Below, one piece after another: positions 1 to 13,700 of a stretch of DNA of 64,000 nucleotides. The notes under the pieces are model-generated. The model searched no databases and was not told the origin of the DNA. It saw only the letters and a program-made list of their open reading frames with translations. How positions within the stretch are numbered: the stretch's first letter is position 1; every line of letters starts with the position of its first letter. The stretch is from Trichosphaerium sp. ATCC 40318 (Eukaryota; Protista; Tubulinea). The DNA lies in contig JALMLS010000304.1 of NCBI GenBank assembly GCA_038496445.1, forward strand, positions 62,001 through 126,000. Reading direction: 5' to 3'. A program made the position numbers and the translations under genes.

Positions 1-569
1 CACAAAAGCAGCCAACGTTCAGGCTCAGGTGCGCGAACGTAAAGGCGGTATTTGCTACGTGTTGGTTCTATAATACTAGTCCGTTGGTAATGTGCACACG
101 TGTAGGGGTTATGAGCCTCAAACCACGTCCTAAATTGTATTGCCTTTCACTACGTGAGTAGTAGCTATTCTACGTAATAAAATAGGAGCGCACATAGGAA
201 GCTTTTTGAAAGAGTGGCGATTATTTTGCTGGCTCTCGTCGGCTATACAAAAAAACTGGACATGTCTATAAATCTATGTGGATGAAGCCACATACCTTGT
301 GCAATCAATTGCTGTGAATTCAGATGACCAACACCAGGTATATTCCTATAAGACCCCGTCATCTGGTGTGGTGCATCTAGTAGGGTTGTAGCAAACTGGG
401 AAATATTGAAACTTTGGAAATTAACTTTTTGATGTATAAGGAGGTATCGGGTACAGTTTTGTGGCCTAACATACAGTGTGGGTTTTATTTATTTACAATT
501 TTTTTTCAATTTGTTTTTTCTTCTTTTTTTCTGTTTTTGGTTTGTATACAAACCAAGCGTACAGAAAAA

Positions 570-3500
570 TTACTCCGAATGTAAAGCATCAAACATTGTA
601 TCAATAATGATATAATTATAGATACATAAATGTCTTAGTAGTAACGGTACTGACTTACATAGCTTATTGTTACCACTCAATAACGAAGAAAGCGTCAAAG
701 AACGAATCTACAAAAGAAAATGAGAAAAGATTTATGAGGTAAAAAAAATCCCAAAACGGTTTTTTTTCTCAACAGAGTTCTTGCGTGCTATAAAACGTAA
801 TTACGTTCATCAAAATACGGACCTGTAGTGTTGTACATTCCGCACCAGCAAGACAACAATCAATAGCTTCCCTAATTTCAAGCCAATTAGTGTGAGAACA
901 ACAACAAGAAAGAAGAAAGAAAACCGTACTCAATATCTCCTTCCATATCACAAAGCTGATCTTCAAGGTTTCCCACTTCGCCACTATTTAAAAACCTTAC
1001 TAGCCGTGCAGTTGACTGCAACAGTAAAGATTTATCATTGTTCTACATTAAATGAATAAATCACACCAAAGAGTGCTCGTTGAGCCTCATATTAGACGTA
1101 CCGCCAAAGCTTTGGATACTTGTAGAATGACCCCAATATGTTCTTCGAGTTTTTTGAAGATACCTTCTTCTAACTCTCCCAACTGTGGCACTGCAGACTT
1201 ATACGTCTTTATTGCATCTAAAGCAAGGTCTATACCTTCTTGTATAATTTCTACAACAATAAATCAGTGAACAACGTCAAGAACAACGAGGTAACAGAAA
1301 CAAAAAAAAAAAAGTACCTTCAGGAGCGAACAAGAAAGGAGACACAGGAAGTGCATCCTTTGATGGTAAGAACATGTCTTGTAACCTGCATACTTGATTC
1401 AAACCGCTAGAGAAATCGTTCTCCTGCATTAAAGGTGAGGAAGAGGGTGTAATTACTTCTTAAAGACGTACTCTTAGACAACGAATAATTAACCAAAGAC
1501 AGTGGAACATACGTAATGTAAGAATATCTTCTTCATTACTGAATGCATAATTGGACAGTGGTAATAGTGCCTCTATGAGGCGTTGCTTTGCACAATGTGC
1601 AAGCGCAGGTTTAACAGTGTTCACATTTCCAGCGCGCTCAAATGCGTCCTAGACGAACAAGCATTAGTTGTAAAAGTTTTCTTTCATAGTCAAGAGAAAA
1701 AACTCAACACAAAAGGTAAACTCAATAACGTACATGAACTGCATCACAATGCACCTGTGCATCACTACCATTCCATATAGATACTAGGAAGATACTGAAG
1801 CATGACATAAGCTTATCTAAGAGAGGCCTAGAGTAAAAAGAAATGAGTTTGATTCGCGCAATAGTATACTATTGCGTACTTGATTAAGTCCTTTTCAGGA
1901 CTTCCTTCCATTGAGCGAGAAGCAAAATGTAATGCACTTGCATACTTTCCAACATTATCTATTATATTGTCCATGTGTGCTTGTGTTGTATCCTGGTCGT
2001 TAACATCAGTGTAATCCGGTTCAATATCTGAGAAAGGCTGCAAGTTGTTGGATAGTCTTATAGCTGTCTTACGGTACACGTCATTCTAAACACATAAGGG
2101 TTAGTATTTGAATTGTCAAAAAAACTCAACAGCAAAGAAAAAATGATTAATGGAGGCAACAAGAGAAGTCCAGTTTTTTTCTTCTTTGATTTGATTTACG
2201 CACTCCTACACGCTTTGGAGCGTTGTTGACTTTTAAGAACTCATTGGCTAACTCAGATAACAACGTTAGGTAATCATGGAATGATAATTCATGAACATCT
2301 CCGCTCTGATTACTCATATGGAAATAAAACAACACTTCCTCACGCTCAATCCTGGCTAAATAGAAAGTCAACATATCACGTGTTTGGAGGTGGTTCTGAA
2401 CATTACCTGAATCAGGGAGTTCATTACGATCATCAATGTTAAGAACAGGTAGCTCTGGTAGCTTACGATGAGAATCATTTGACTGCATCATAATTCTTCT
2501 AGCAGGTTCCTTCGCTCTTTGAGGACCACGTGCTTCTTTCAAGCTCAATTGTCTTCTTACTTCAGCAATCCTCTCATTTGTTTTATTCTTCTTCCTTTGT
2601 GCTGCACTATGTATCTTCTGCTCTTTAGCTAACTCCTGGCGATCTTTCATAGCTTCTAATGCCTCTTCAAAGAAGCTATCTTTCCCGTATTTATGCATTA
2701 CTCTTTCGAGGTGTTCCCACTCCTCGTCTAGTCTATCTTGTTCTCTTTCTTGTTCAACTCCTATTTCTTCTAATTGTGCACGCTCTGCCGATAGAGCTTC
2801 TTTCTGACGTGCAACGTATTTCTGATGTGCCATCTTTATTTTATCAAACTCTGTCCTTTGTAAATCGAGCCATCTCTTTTGCTCTTCAAGTCTAAGACGT
2901 AGAGCTTGTGTTCTATCAAGATTATTGTATTTTCTAGCAGAAGAAAGAAGACTCTCTGAAGTAGTGGAAGAGTCATCAGTCTAAGAGAAAATATTAGATG
3001 GATACCAGTATACAAAGAAAGCGTACAGCTGGGCTTGGTAGCTCCCTTCCTGGCGTAGGTGTAGGTGTTGCTGAAGGTGTACCTGTAGATGATTCTGATA
3101 AGTTATCCAAAGAGAGTTCAATCATAGTTTCAGAAGGTTGACGTCTACTCCTCTTTGATTTTTTCTTTTTTGACTTTTTACGCCCTATTTTTCAAAATAT
3201 GAGCATAAAGACCAAGAAAGAAAAAATGACATACGGCTTCTTTTGGACTTAGGTGACTTGATGCCTCTTTGAACACGTCTCTTGAACGACCTAGCAAGCT
3301 CTTCATCGCCAATTACGCCCTCAATGAAAGGAATGATGCACTCCATATTGATATTAACAGTTATAACCTTTTGCAAAAAGTTAGAATTAAAAAAAACCCA
3401 CTATGAGTTAATGTGTTGTCTCGTACTTGTCCTTTGGTATTTACAACCATTATACCGCCATTAGGAGTTGCTACAGAGCAAAATATAGGATCCAAAGTCA

Positions 3501-5130
3501 ATCTACAAAAGAAAAATCAATCCCACAACACATGACTGAGTAAATCGTATACCTGTTAATATACAACACAGATGTGGACTCTAGATCGTAAACTTGCACA
3601 AAACCGGCAAGTGTAATCATATAAAGGACACCATAGCGTTTACTATACTGAATTGTGATAGGGTAGTCATCTGGCGCTTCTTCAGATATGTATATTTCAA
3701 CGACTTGATTTTTGAAGCTACCATGAGTTCCAATTTTCTCAAGGAACAACTACAACAGAAAAACTCTCAATCAGTACTATCTATAAACCGCACTACCATA
3801 AGGAAACATTACGTACATAAGCTTTATCATCACTACGGTTAGCATAGCATAGAACACTAGTTGTACCACCACCTCTTCCTTTAATATCTACAATAACTGC
3901 GACATGACCTACGAAAGAGTCAATTGTTTGTTCTCATGTACGCGCTAAAATTCATAAAATTGGCTTGCCTTCAAGTACTCTTGTTTCTTTTGTTGCAGTA
4001 TCATAGAGCTGAATGTTTCCGACAATTCTCTTATCCTAGAGGTCATCAGTAAGTACTACGTCATTTACTGTATCATTGAGTATACTTACACGCTCTGTTA
4101 CTCCTTGGATAAGACACTGAGTCATTTTAGAGTCAGTAACATAATTAATTATTTTACAATCATCCAAGGACATTTGACGATCAAAAACTTTCACGTAGTT
4201 TTGTCCAGGAGCTAAAAAAAACAACACAGAGTGAGTAATTGAGCGAAGCTGTTAACATAACTCCTATTTGACGCAATACATCTCTGCTAACGCAAAGAGG
4301 AGAGGAGTGTACTTTTCGCAAAATGCGAGCAGAAAAACGTACCTGAAACGTCTAGGTGAAATACGCTACGATCGTCTATTATAACCAAAACAGTTGGAGA
4401 TACCCACTGCCAAAAGTGGACATCAGTAGGGAAAGTAAACTTTCTAAGCGTAGATCGCTTTCTTATGTTGTATATTTCAATATCTCTAAAGTCTTAATTG
4501 CCCAATTAGCCACATTAAATCGTTGTTTTGTTTTTTGAATTGAAATAGAAAAAAAACCAGACTATCTTACTTATAAACGCTAAAAGTGTCTTTTTGTGGT
4601 TATATATTGCCGAGTCTGCGGCTATTTGTTGTACTGAGCTCTTTTCGTCAGGGTCCTTGGTATCAACTATCACTATCATCTCCTCTTGGTTTACAACAAT
4701 ATGGCGCGACCCAGGTTGCATGGTCAGCGCCGAAAATGTCACGTAATCAGGATCTACTCCATGATTTGACAACTACGGGCGTTAATTGGTAAAAGAGGAA
4801 AGGTCGTAAAACTAAAGATATCGTATCTAGTAGGATTACGTACAATTAGCAATTCTTTGCATGTTATCGGTAACTCGTCCAAAAAGGGCTGTGGCTCTGC
4901 GAAATGTACTCTAGACTACAATTAGCGAGATTCCGAGCGTTTGTACCAATCTTGGCTTTATTATGCTGTTCTTAAACGGCAAACAACTATTGGAAGCCTT
5001 ACCGCGAAGGATGGTTGTAGCCCGTGTTTGGCAAAATTGTTTTTTTACAAAACATAGCGAAGATGCTATACACGTACGTTTTTTCCGTCCTTGGGGCAGG
5101 TGGAGATCTTATAAGCGACGTTGGCTCCAT
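570..5130 (-). CDS. Multi-exon protein: clathrin heavy-chain N-terminal beta-propeller/linker-like region, then Lys/Ser-rich segment, coiled coil and unknown C-terminal domain
   Basis: Exons give ELPITCKELLI, HGVDPDYVTFSALTM, IAADSAIYN, VLEGHVA, EEAPDDYPITIQYSKRYGVLYMITLAGFVQVYDLE, VVNTKGQVITVNINMECIIPFI, colinear with clathrin terminal-domain motifs (ISADSAIMN, IEGHAA, DFPVAMQ...GYIHLYDLE, VNRKGQVLSV). Similarity stops near 3280. ATG at 5130. The 3' end and the joining of exons below 2147 are less certain. Confidence 0.7.
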
Positions 5131-6336
5131 AGTTTATTTAAACGTACACTAACGTTAGTATCTCGCAACCGACACTACACGTAAAAGGCGTGTTTTCTAT
5201 TGCAACTGCTACAGAACTGCGCAGTGAAGTGTTTTGACCTGTTTGGTGCAAGCGTATACAAATCAAGAAAGCGTGGTACACCACAACACATTGTCAGACA
5301 AACTCAATACTACACTTGTGGTTACTATGCAACTTATTTAAAATACAATAGTACAAAACGCTTTCTAGATACTACACAAGTCGTAATCTCTACCACAAGC
5401 TGTCTGAGTTCTTTTCATAAGCAATCTCGCAATGTTTACGCGTTTTTTAAACTTTGTCAATAACGAGTGTTGGTTTACATCGCGTTTACACGTCAATAAA
5501 CTCGTGCTTCGCCATTTCCGCACATCTACCGTATTATAATTTAAGTGTAAAGTGTCACTCAAATTTTGGTTGTTTAATTTCGTTATGTGTTGGTAGTGCT
5601 GGAAACCTCTCAGCGCGGTTATCTCGTGGTGGAGCTGGTGATTTACTCGCTTGCCACTATTCATACATTAGAGCGTAAAGTGGTTTGTTTGTACCTTTTT
5701 GTAAACTATTATTATTACAAGCAATACGAACAAAATAACAGTTATCATTCGAGAGCAACGTCTACACCTCACAAGGTAAGGATTTTGCCTTCAAAACCTG
5801 GTGAGCCAAAAACCGTGTGCAGGCTAAAATTTAGTCGCAAATGGCAACGGCCTAGTCAACGTAATAAACTTGATAAGAAATGGGCAAATGCCCAAAAATC
5901 AGAAACCACCAACAGTCTCCAAATCTACAACTGATCGTCCTACCGCTGCAAACTTTACCACAGCTTTCCAACGATGCAACAAGGAGGTTAAAAGTGTGGT
6001 TTTGAAGCAACCTCTATTTTTCTGCTTGCTTGTTAGAGCTCGTTCGGTCATGCGTGGTGGATCTAACAATATAAAAGTACAAAGTACGCATACTCAGGCA
6101 ACCAGAACGCCAATTAAACCGTAATTGGCGCATAGCGAAAATTGCCCAGTTTTCTAGTCGTTTCTAGGACCTGATAGTGCGTGAACGCTCCAAATCAACA
6201 ATAAGACGTACAATACTAGCTTTACAGCAACCTTCCAAATTATGAATTGTTCGCAACTTTCTGGTGGTTCTATACTACCGTTTAAGCCAGATATCTGTTA
6301 TTTCTCAATAGTTACAACACCTTCAAACCTCTCAAC

Positions 6337-8140
6337 ATGCTCGTAAACAACTTTACCGTAGACTCCTCAAAAGTAAAAGTCACTGATGAAACTATCACCT
6401 CTCAGTACGAGTACTCCACCACAAAGGTAGAGAAGAAGAACGACAGCTATGTTGTTACCCCAGTCACAACAAACTACACTTTCCAAACCAAAAGAAAGTT
6501 GCCAAAAACTGGGTACGTGGCGCAGACTCTTTTGCAACGTTGTTTAAACTGCTTTCTCACTTACCACGTAGTGCTATGATTGTCGGTATTGGAGGTAACA
6601 ACGGAACCACTCTTGTAGCTGGTATCCTCGCTAACAAACTGTACGTATATATCCAGAACGCCATAATTTTTCATTTATTCTGCTTTCCCCTTTTTGTTCC
6701 CAAACTCACCCCCGCGCTTAGTAACATGAAATGGAACACCAAAGAAGGTCCACAAAGCGCTAACTACTTCGGTTCCATCACACAAGCCTCAACTGTAGAA
6801 CTCGGTGAAACCGCTACAGGCGAGAAAATCTTTGTTCCATTGAGCAAAGTCCTCCCTATGGTAGAACCTAACGATCTCGTAATCACTGGGTACGCATTTT
6901 ACCCTTTTTTGTCAAAAAGTACCCAAAAAAACCCCAACAACTATCAAAATATCCCCAATACGTTCTAACTCTTCTTTTTAGATGGGATATCTCATCCATG
7001 AACCTTGCTGACGCCATGGGCCGCGCAAAAGTCTTGAACTACGACTTACAACGCCAATTGGTCCCACACATGAAAGAAATGAAGCCACTCCCTTCAATCT
7101 ACTTCCCTGACTTTATCGCCGCCAACCAAGCCGACCGCGCTGATAACGTAATCGAAGGAAAGTCAAAGAAGGAACTTTTGGAGCACATCCGTAACGATAT
7201 CCGCAAGTTCAAGAAAGATAACGATTTGGACCAAGTCATCGTCTTGTGGTCTGCTAACACTGAGCGTTTCGCTGAAGTTCGCCCAGGCCTCAACATGACC
7301 GCTGACGAATTGATGGCTTCCATCGAAAAGGACGAAGAAGAAGTATCTCCTTCAACCATCTTCGCTTTGGCTTCTATCCTCGAAGGTTCCCCATACATCA
7401 ACGGTTCTCCACAAAACACCTTCGTTCCTGGTGTTATCCAAATCGCTGAACAACACAACGTACCAATCGGTGGTGATGACTTCAAATCCGGTCAAACAAA
7501 ATTCAAATCCGTCATTGTCGATTTCTTGGTTTCCTCCGGTATCAAGCCTGTATCTATTGTTTCATACAACCACTTGGGTAACAACGACGGAAAGAATTTG
7601 TCATCCCAAAGACAATTCCGCTCCAAGGAAATCTCCAAGAGTAACGTTGTTGATGACATGGTCGAGTCAAACAACATCCTTTACAAAAAGGACGAGCACC
7701 CAGATCACTGTGTCGTAATCAAATACGTACCTCAAGTTGGTGATTCCAAGCGCGCTATGGACGAGTATGTTTCCCAAATTTTCTTGGACGGTACCAACAC
7801 CGTCTCTATGCACAACACATGCGAAGACTCCCTCCTCGCTACTCCTCTCATCATCGATCTTGTTTTGCTTACTGAGTTGATGACTCGTATCACCTACAAG
7901 ACCGAGAGCATGAGCGAATTCGACTCATTCCATCCTGTCATGTCAATCTTGTCTTTCTTGCTCAAGGCTCCTTTGACACCTCCTGGTACTCCAGTTGTCA
8001 ACGCTTTGTTCAAGCAACGTGCTTGCATTGTCAATGTCTTGCGTGCTTGTGTCGGTTTGCCACCTGCTAACCACATGACTTTGGAACATAAAGTCAAATC
8101 CTGTGGAAAAGTTCCATCCGTCAACGGTGCTATGCACTAA
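6337..8140 (+). CDS. INO1: Inositol-3-phosphate synthase (myo-inositol-1-phosphate synthase)
   Basis: Exons 6337-6512, 6572-6640, 6722-6889, 6982-8140 with GT-AG introns. Motifs [60 protein letters not shown]. Confidence 0.97.
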
Positions 8141-8656
8141 ATTTTTCTGTAATTAAACAACCCTTGTATAAAAAAAAACCAAAAACAACTTATAATAATA
8201 AACCCACGGTTTAAATCACTCTGGCTCGTATTTTTTTTTGTGTAATGTGCTTTTTGTTTAGTACAGCTAGACACCTTTTAATTCGTGTTTTTAACTTAGT
8301 AGCTACTTCCTCTGGCAGTTTCTATGTAGATTGTTTATTCATGTGTTACAGTTGAGGCTTCTGTAGGCGTGTGATTACACTCACGTAACTATCTTACTAG
8401 AACAATACATAAAGATAGAATTGATGTTTCATAGTAACTTCTCGCTAACATTTTTTTATTTCAACATTTTCTTGCTTTTTTCTGTTTGTGTCCTTGGTGC
8501 TGTTGTCAAGAGAGCGAACCTTTCAAGCACGTGCCGTAGAGTTCAGTGAACCTGTATTCAAGGTGTATACAGATAGGAGTACGTTGTTGGTCAATTATTT
8601 TAATGTTTTTTTAAACGAAATTCGCTCTTGATTCGCTACAGTAAGAACAGACCGAC

Positions 8657-11367
8657 ATGGAGGTAGATATATCACTGGCTCCAAGTGAACGGTCACAGTC
8701 GTTTAATGGTGCGATTTTGACACCTATCAATGTATTTATTGATAAATAGAGATACATATCAATGACAGAGCGCATACGAACCTACTACACGCAAATAGTG
8801 CGTATTTTGCTGTACCGGGCAAAGCTTTAGGGTAAAAACGATTTAAAAAGCGTAAAACTTACTTAAACACAGGTCGTTGGGTATATATGATGTTAATCTG
8901 CCCGGTAAAATACATCAAGCGCCTCATTTGCAGGGTAAGGTTATTTTTAGTCTCCAGAAGCATTTATTCACTTGTAGCTGATCCCAAACCTATCCTTGAC
9001 TTTAAATTTTGCCCATTTCGTAAACATGTCCTTGCTAGCTCCCTCGACAACGGCCGTATTTTCATTTGGAACTTTCAGGATGGAAACTTTGATAGTGCCC
9101 CAACAAACTTCATCTCACATAAACATACTGCGAATTGTGTACCTGCCAAAACACTTAACTTTGTTCATCAATGCCTACTTTTATATCATTGACGTTCCCT
9201 TTCGAAATAGCTTCAATGGAATCCTTGTGTTGAGGATTGTTTGGCGAGCGCCGGAGGGGATAAACAAGTACACTTTAGTGACGCTAGAAGGTCTGACTTT
9301 TTTGTTGTTTTTTTGAAAAAGAGTAAACGTTGTAATTAGAGCGACTGTACTTTCTTCTATTGATACACCTGGTAAGTGTAGTAGTATATCCTGGAACTAC
9401 AATGGTACTCTTTTGAGCACGTGTGATGATGCACGTCGTTTATCAGTTCTTGATCCAAGAACAAGAGCAGTTGCATCAGTTAGTTTATTAACTAGAGTTT
9501 TCTTTAATTAATGTTCGTTTAGCAAGCGCCTGTAATACGATCTTTAAAGTACTCTCAAGTTCATTATCTTGGTCGTAATAGTCCTGAACGTCTTGTGACA
9601 TCAGGGTTTTATAGAGGAATGCGACAACTTGTATTCTGGGATTCCAGAAAATTATCAGAAACACTCTTTAGCCGAGACTTTAATCAAGGTTTGAGAACTC
9701 TTTTTCTTTTCTTTCTTATTATCTTGCCTAGGTAGCAATCCTATCATACCACTTATAGATTACGATGCTGGATTTCTCTACGCTGTTGGAAAGGCATGAG
9801 TCCTTGTCACCGTTGAAGTACAGTTTTACTCAAAAGTTCTTACAGGGCGACACGTATGTTTCTTTGATGTCTCTAAATGACGATATGCCATATCTTGAAT
9901 TAAACATGAATTATGGGATTTCCACAAGTGGTATAAAATGGGCAACTTTGTTGCCGAAAAGCCTAATTGAGGCTAGTCGTGGAGAAGTACGTGAACAAAA
10001 AAAAAAAATGGAAAAATAAGATATACAAACTCTTAAACTGTTTTTAGGTTTCAAGACTCCTCGTCTTAACACACGACAATATAGTCAAACCAGTGAGTTG
10101 TTTTGTAAAGCAAAATAAAGACACGCCTGGCAGTGATGATGACAGCATGTTCTTACCTAAATTTTACCCAATGGTGAGAAAACAAAGTTCAACACTTCAC
10201 ATCTCGAATTGGCCTTTAAGCACACCTTCAGCTGAATACACTGTTACAAGTACGTTGAATATTTGCACGTGATACTTTCGATCCATTCTAACTTTCGTTT
10301 TTCAATTGACAGGTCCTGGAGGAAAGCTTGCTAATGCTCTAATGGGAGCTTGTCTAAGCGAAGACTATGCGGATTTTAAGTTCTTGCTGGATTACGGAGT
10401 TGAAGTTTTTGCCCATCGTGTTGTTCTCAATGCAAGAAGTAAAGCTCTAAGGAATGGTGCCTTGGCTGTCAATGGAAATACATTGGCTTTACCTGGTATA
10501 CATAGAAAGGCCTTAGAAGGGGTATTGATTTTCATCTACACTGATATTGTAGACGTTGTCACTTACCGACAGGTTTTTGATGAAATGATAGTTCTTTCTG
10601 AAAAGTTTGAAATAGAACAAGTTTGTGGTTATTTAAAAGAGCTAAAAAACTACGAATACATTCCTTATAAATCCCTTTATGGCGAGCACATGTCGAATTT
10701 ATTAGACAATGGATCTACATTCACTGATATAGCTTTTATTTTTGAAGATGGGAGGAAGATCTTGGCTCATAAAGTAAGAGGAATCGAGATTGTGTTTGTT
10801 TTTATTTTGACTTTTTTTAATTAAAGGTTGTACTTGTTGCTAGATCGACTTATTTCAGAGCAATGTTTCAAAGTGGTATGGCTGAGACCAGTGGTGATAA
10901 AATATCTATTAAAGGTTGTACCTATGAAACGTACTATGCCCTACTACGCTTCTTGTACAAAGGTAAGTTCCACGTAAAACAAACAAAGGAGATAGTCTTT
11001 GTCTTGATGTTAATCTTTATTTACTTGGCTTTTAGGCCCCTCTGCTATATCTCCTGATAGTGTATGTGAACTATGGATGGTGTCTAGAAAATACCTTATG
11101 CATGAGCTTGAAGCAGAGTGCAATTGTTTTATCCAAAAAAATCTCAATGTTGATACATGTATGGCTTTGCTAACAAATATGTCTCTTCCAGAATATTCGT
11201 CAAGACTATATACAGTATTACTAACTTATGTATCACAAAATTTGAATGAATTCAAAGAACTAGGACAACTTGTGCTACTAACAAAAGAACAACTAGATTT
11301 TGTACTGGAACACGTGACTTATCAGCAAAAAACAAGTGCATTGGAGTCTCTACAGTCGAAAAAATAA
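8657..11367 (+). CDS. Coronin-like WD40 propeller fused to two BTB/POZ domains (5' end may extend upstream)
   Basis: PILDFKFCPFRKHVLASSLDNGRIFIW, LQWNP, SISWNYNGTLL, LSVLDPR, LVTSGF..GMRQLVFWD, PLIDYDAGFLYAVGK/GD and EVSRLL follow coronin order. Then YADFKFLL..VFAHRVVLNARS and FTDIAFIF..ILAHK/VVLVARSTYFRAMFQSGMAET (BTB). Confidence 0.8.
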
Positions 11368-11524
11368 ATAAAACTGTAATCACAGTCAACAAAGTAGACT
11401 CACCTTGACATCCAAGGCAAGGATGTATTTACCAAAAAGATTTGGCGAAAACAACTTAAACACAAGATCAGTGTTGAAAAAATTGGTTTACGTTTATTTA
11501 ATAGATAGGATATAAAGTTCATGT

Positions 11525-13550
11525 TCATTTGTTTTTGCTGAAACGTGATACACGACCTTGTCGCGCAGTTTTCCTGATGTGAACTTTTGGTGTTTTAGTA
11601 GTTTCTTGGTTTATACTCCCAGTTATCTCAAGCTTTTCTCTCTATAAGAAAAGGTCATTTAGAGGTAAAAGCAAGTGATGGATACAAATAGAGGATGGGA
11701 TGAGACAAAGGGGTTCGTACATTAGATTCTTGTTGGTAAGCTACTAGCTCTTTGAAACAAGGACGTTTTGTTGGATCACCCTCCCAACAATTGGTTATTA
11801 TTTGTGAAAAAGATACCCAAGGCTTCTTAAGGAAACGTTCAGATAATTTAAGTCTCTGTCCGTTTGTTATTGTCTCAATTAACTAAACCATAAAGTCAAT
11901 ACAAAGTAGTAAAAAAAAACCAAGAAAAAACTTACTTGTTGATCGGTGAGGTTTTGCCATAGCAAAGGTTTAAGCGTAATAGCTTGGTACAACATAACAG
12001 CGAAAGAGTAAACATCACATTTTTTCCAAGCTTCATCGTTAAGTTCAAGCTTATTCATGATTTCTGGAGCTCTAGAGATAAGCAAGTTAAGAGAGCGAAT
12101 TCTTTTTTTTTTTCCTTTTCAAAAAAAAACGTACTGATACCATAAAATGTTTGTTTCATTGGTTATGACATGTGTTTCGTTTCCTACTGTTATTTGACTT
12201 GATGCTTTTTTACCAGAGGTTGTGCTTGATGTAGCGCCAGATTTATTGCAAATATCAACAATACCAACATCAGTTATTTTAACTCTGTTGTCAGCATAAA
12301 TCTACCAAGAAGGTAAGCCAATGTAATTAAGAAAAAGAATGGACTCTAAACCTACCATAATATTTGACGGTTTTAGGCTCTTGTGTGCCATGTTATATTC
12401 GTGATGAAGGTATGCCATGCCGTTTTCAACAAGGGACTAAGGATTATTAAGAAAACCGTTGATTTGACATAGAGTATTGTTAGTACCAGTATTGCAAGAT
12501 TAATCCTAATTTTATCAAGTCTTTTACCCTGCCTTCTCTTAGAAGCGAGATGCCACATCGTACCAAGGTCTTGTCCAGTAATACTAAACATTAAGTTATA
12601 TAAAAAGGTCGAACTGCGGTCACGTACTATTCAGTAACATAAAACAACTGCTTAGGTTTTAGCTTAAACTTAGCGAAACCAACAGTGTTTGCTATATTTT
12701 TGTGATGAACATCGAACCCGTCGAACCTAAGAAATGTCATGCAATTGACTAAGCACAAGGTACACGTGCGTTGGAGGTTCAGGTTTTGTATATTTTGGGA
12801 GTTCCTTGAAAGCACAACGTATACCTTTGACAGTTCCTCTCCAAACACTATTATTGTCAAAACGAAGTAGAAGTATTCTCTATTGAACTTTTCTTCATAC
12901 CTTCCAGTAACTCCAGATCCTAGTGCATTACCACGTGCGGTTGTATCGAATGATATCTTTATATCTTCTTCAGGAATGAAAGTCCTGTTCAAGAAGTTAA
13001 ACTCAATTAACGGGGCTCAGGCAAGACGTACTTTCGAAAGTTCCTTTCATCAGCCATTTTCCTAATTGATTCACCATCTTTGAAAAAATCAGTTAGCATC
13101 TACAAAAAACAACAATCACGTGTTCTTCTTGAGAACTAACTAAATCGTACTTTTAGCTATGCTATTTGCGATACCATCGCAAAATTTTTGTTGTTTTTCT
13201 TTAACCTTTTCAATAGCAAGACGTTTAGCTTCTTCAGGGTCAGCCTTTATGTATTTTATTAGCCTACAAGTTAGCTCTAAAAGAATCCAAAAAAAAGTAC
13301 CGAGGTGTCTGGTTTTTGCCCAGCTATCTGTCCTATTAGCTCTGTCATCTTATCAAAGTATTTACCATTCTGTTCCAGGCTTATTTGGACAATTTGAGCC
13401 TAAAACGTTAACGTTTCGTAACTTTGCTGACACTGTAACGTTTTTTCCTACCTGTTGGTCTATAAAGCTTTGCTGGATTTGTGCGTTACGTTCTTGGGCG
13501 TCTGCTATACCTTGAAACACCAGCGGTGCTATTTGAGCTACGTATTCCAT
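11525..13550 (-). CDS. TKL-type protein pseudokinase with N-terminal helical region
   Basis: LGSGVTG, CAFK, GMAYLHHEYNMAHKSLKPSNIM, VKITDVG, RAPE, DVYSFAVML, NCWEGDPTKRP across about 9 exons. Confidence 0.85.
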
Positions 13551-13700
13551 TGTTTTTGAGAATTAATGATTTGTAGGAACCGCAGTACGTTAGTTCCTTC
13601 CCCAGGAACTAAGTGTTAAGTACGCTAAGCTGACGTTGTGCGAAAGCTTCCTTAGGCGATCTTGTATTAAGTTGGGTGTCAACGTCTTGTAATGTAAATA

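Noticed and set aside
1-470. Possible 3' end of a plus-strand gene
   Set aside because: Splice-like signals are present, but I could not build a consistent open frame or recognise a product.
570-5130. Calling this the canonical clathrin heavy chain (CHC1/CLTC)
   Set aside because: Similarity ends after the terminal domain/linker and no leg repeats follow, so no gene symbol was assigned.
5200-6330. Overlapping short ORFs between the clathrin-like gene and INO1
   Set aside because: No motifs, inconsistent strands and many non-ATG starts. Most likely a divergent promoter region.
7099-8137. Several minus-strand and alternate-frame ORFs over INO1
   Set aside because: Antisense shadows caused by the strong codon bias of INO1.
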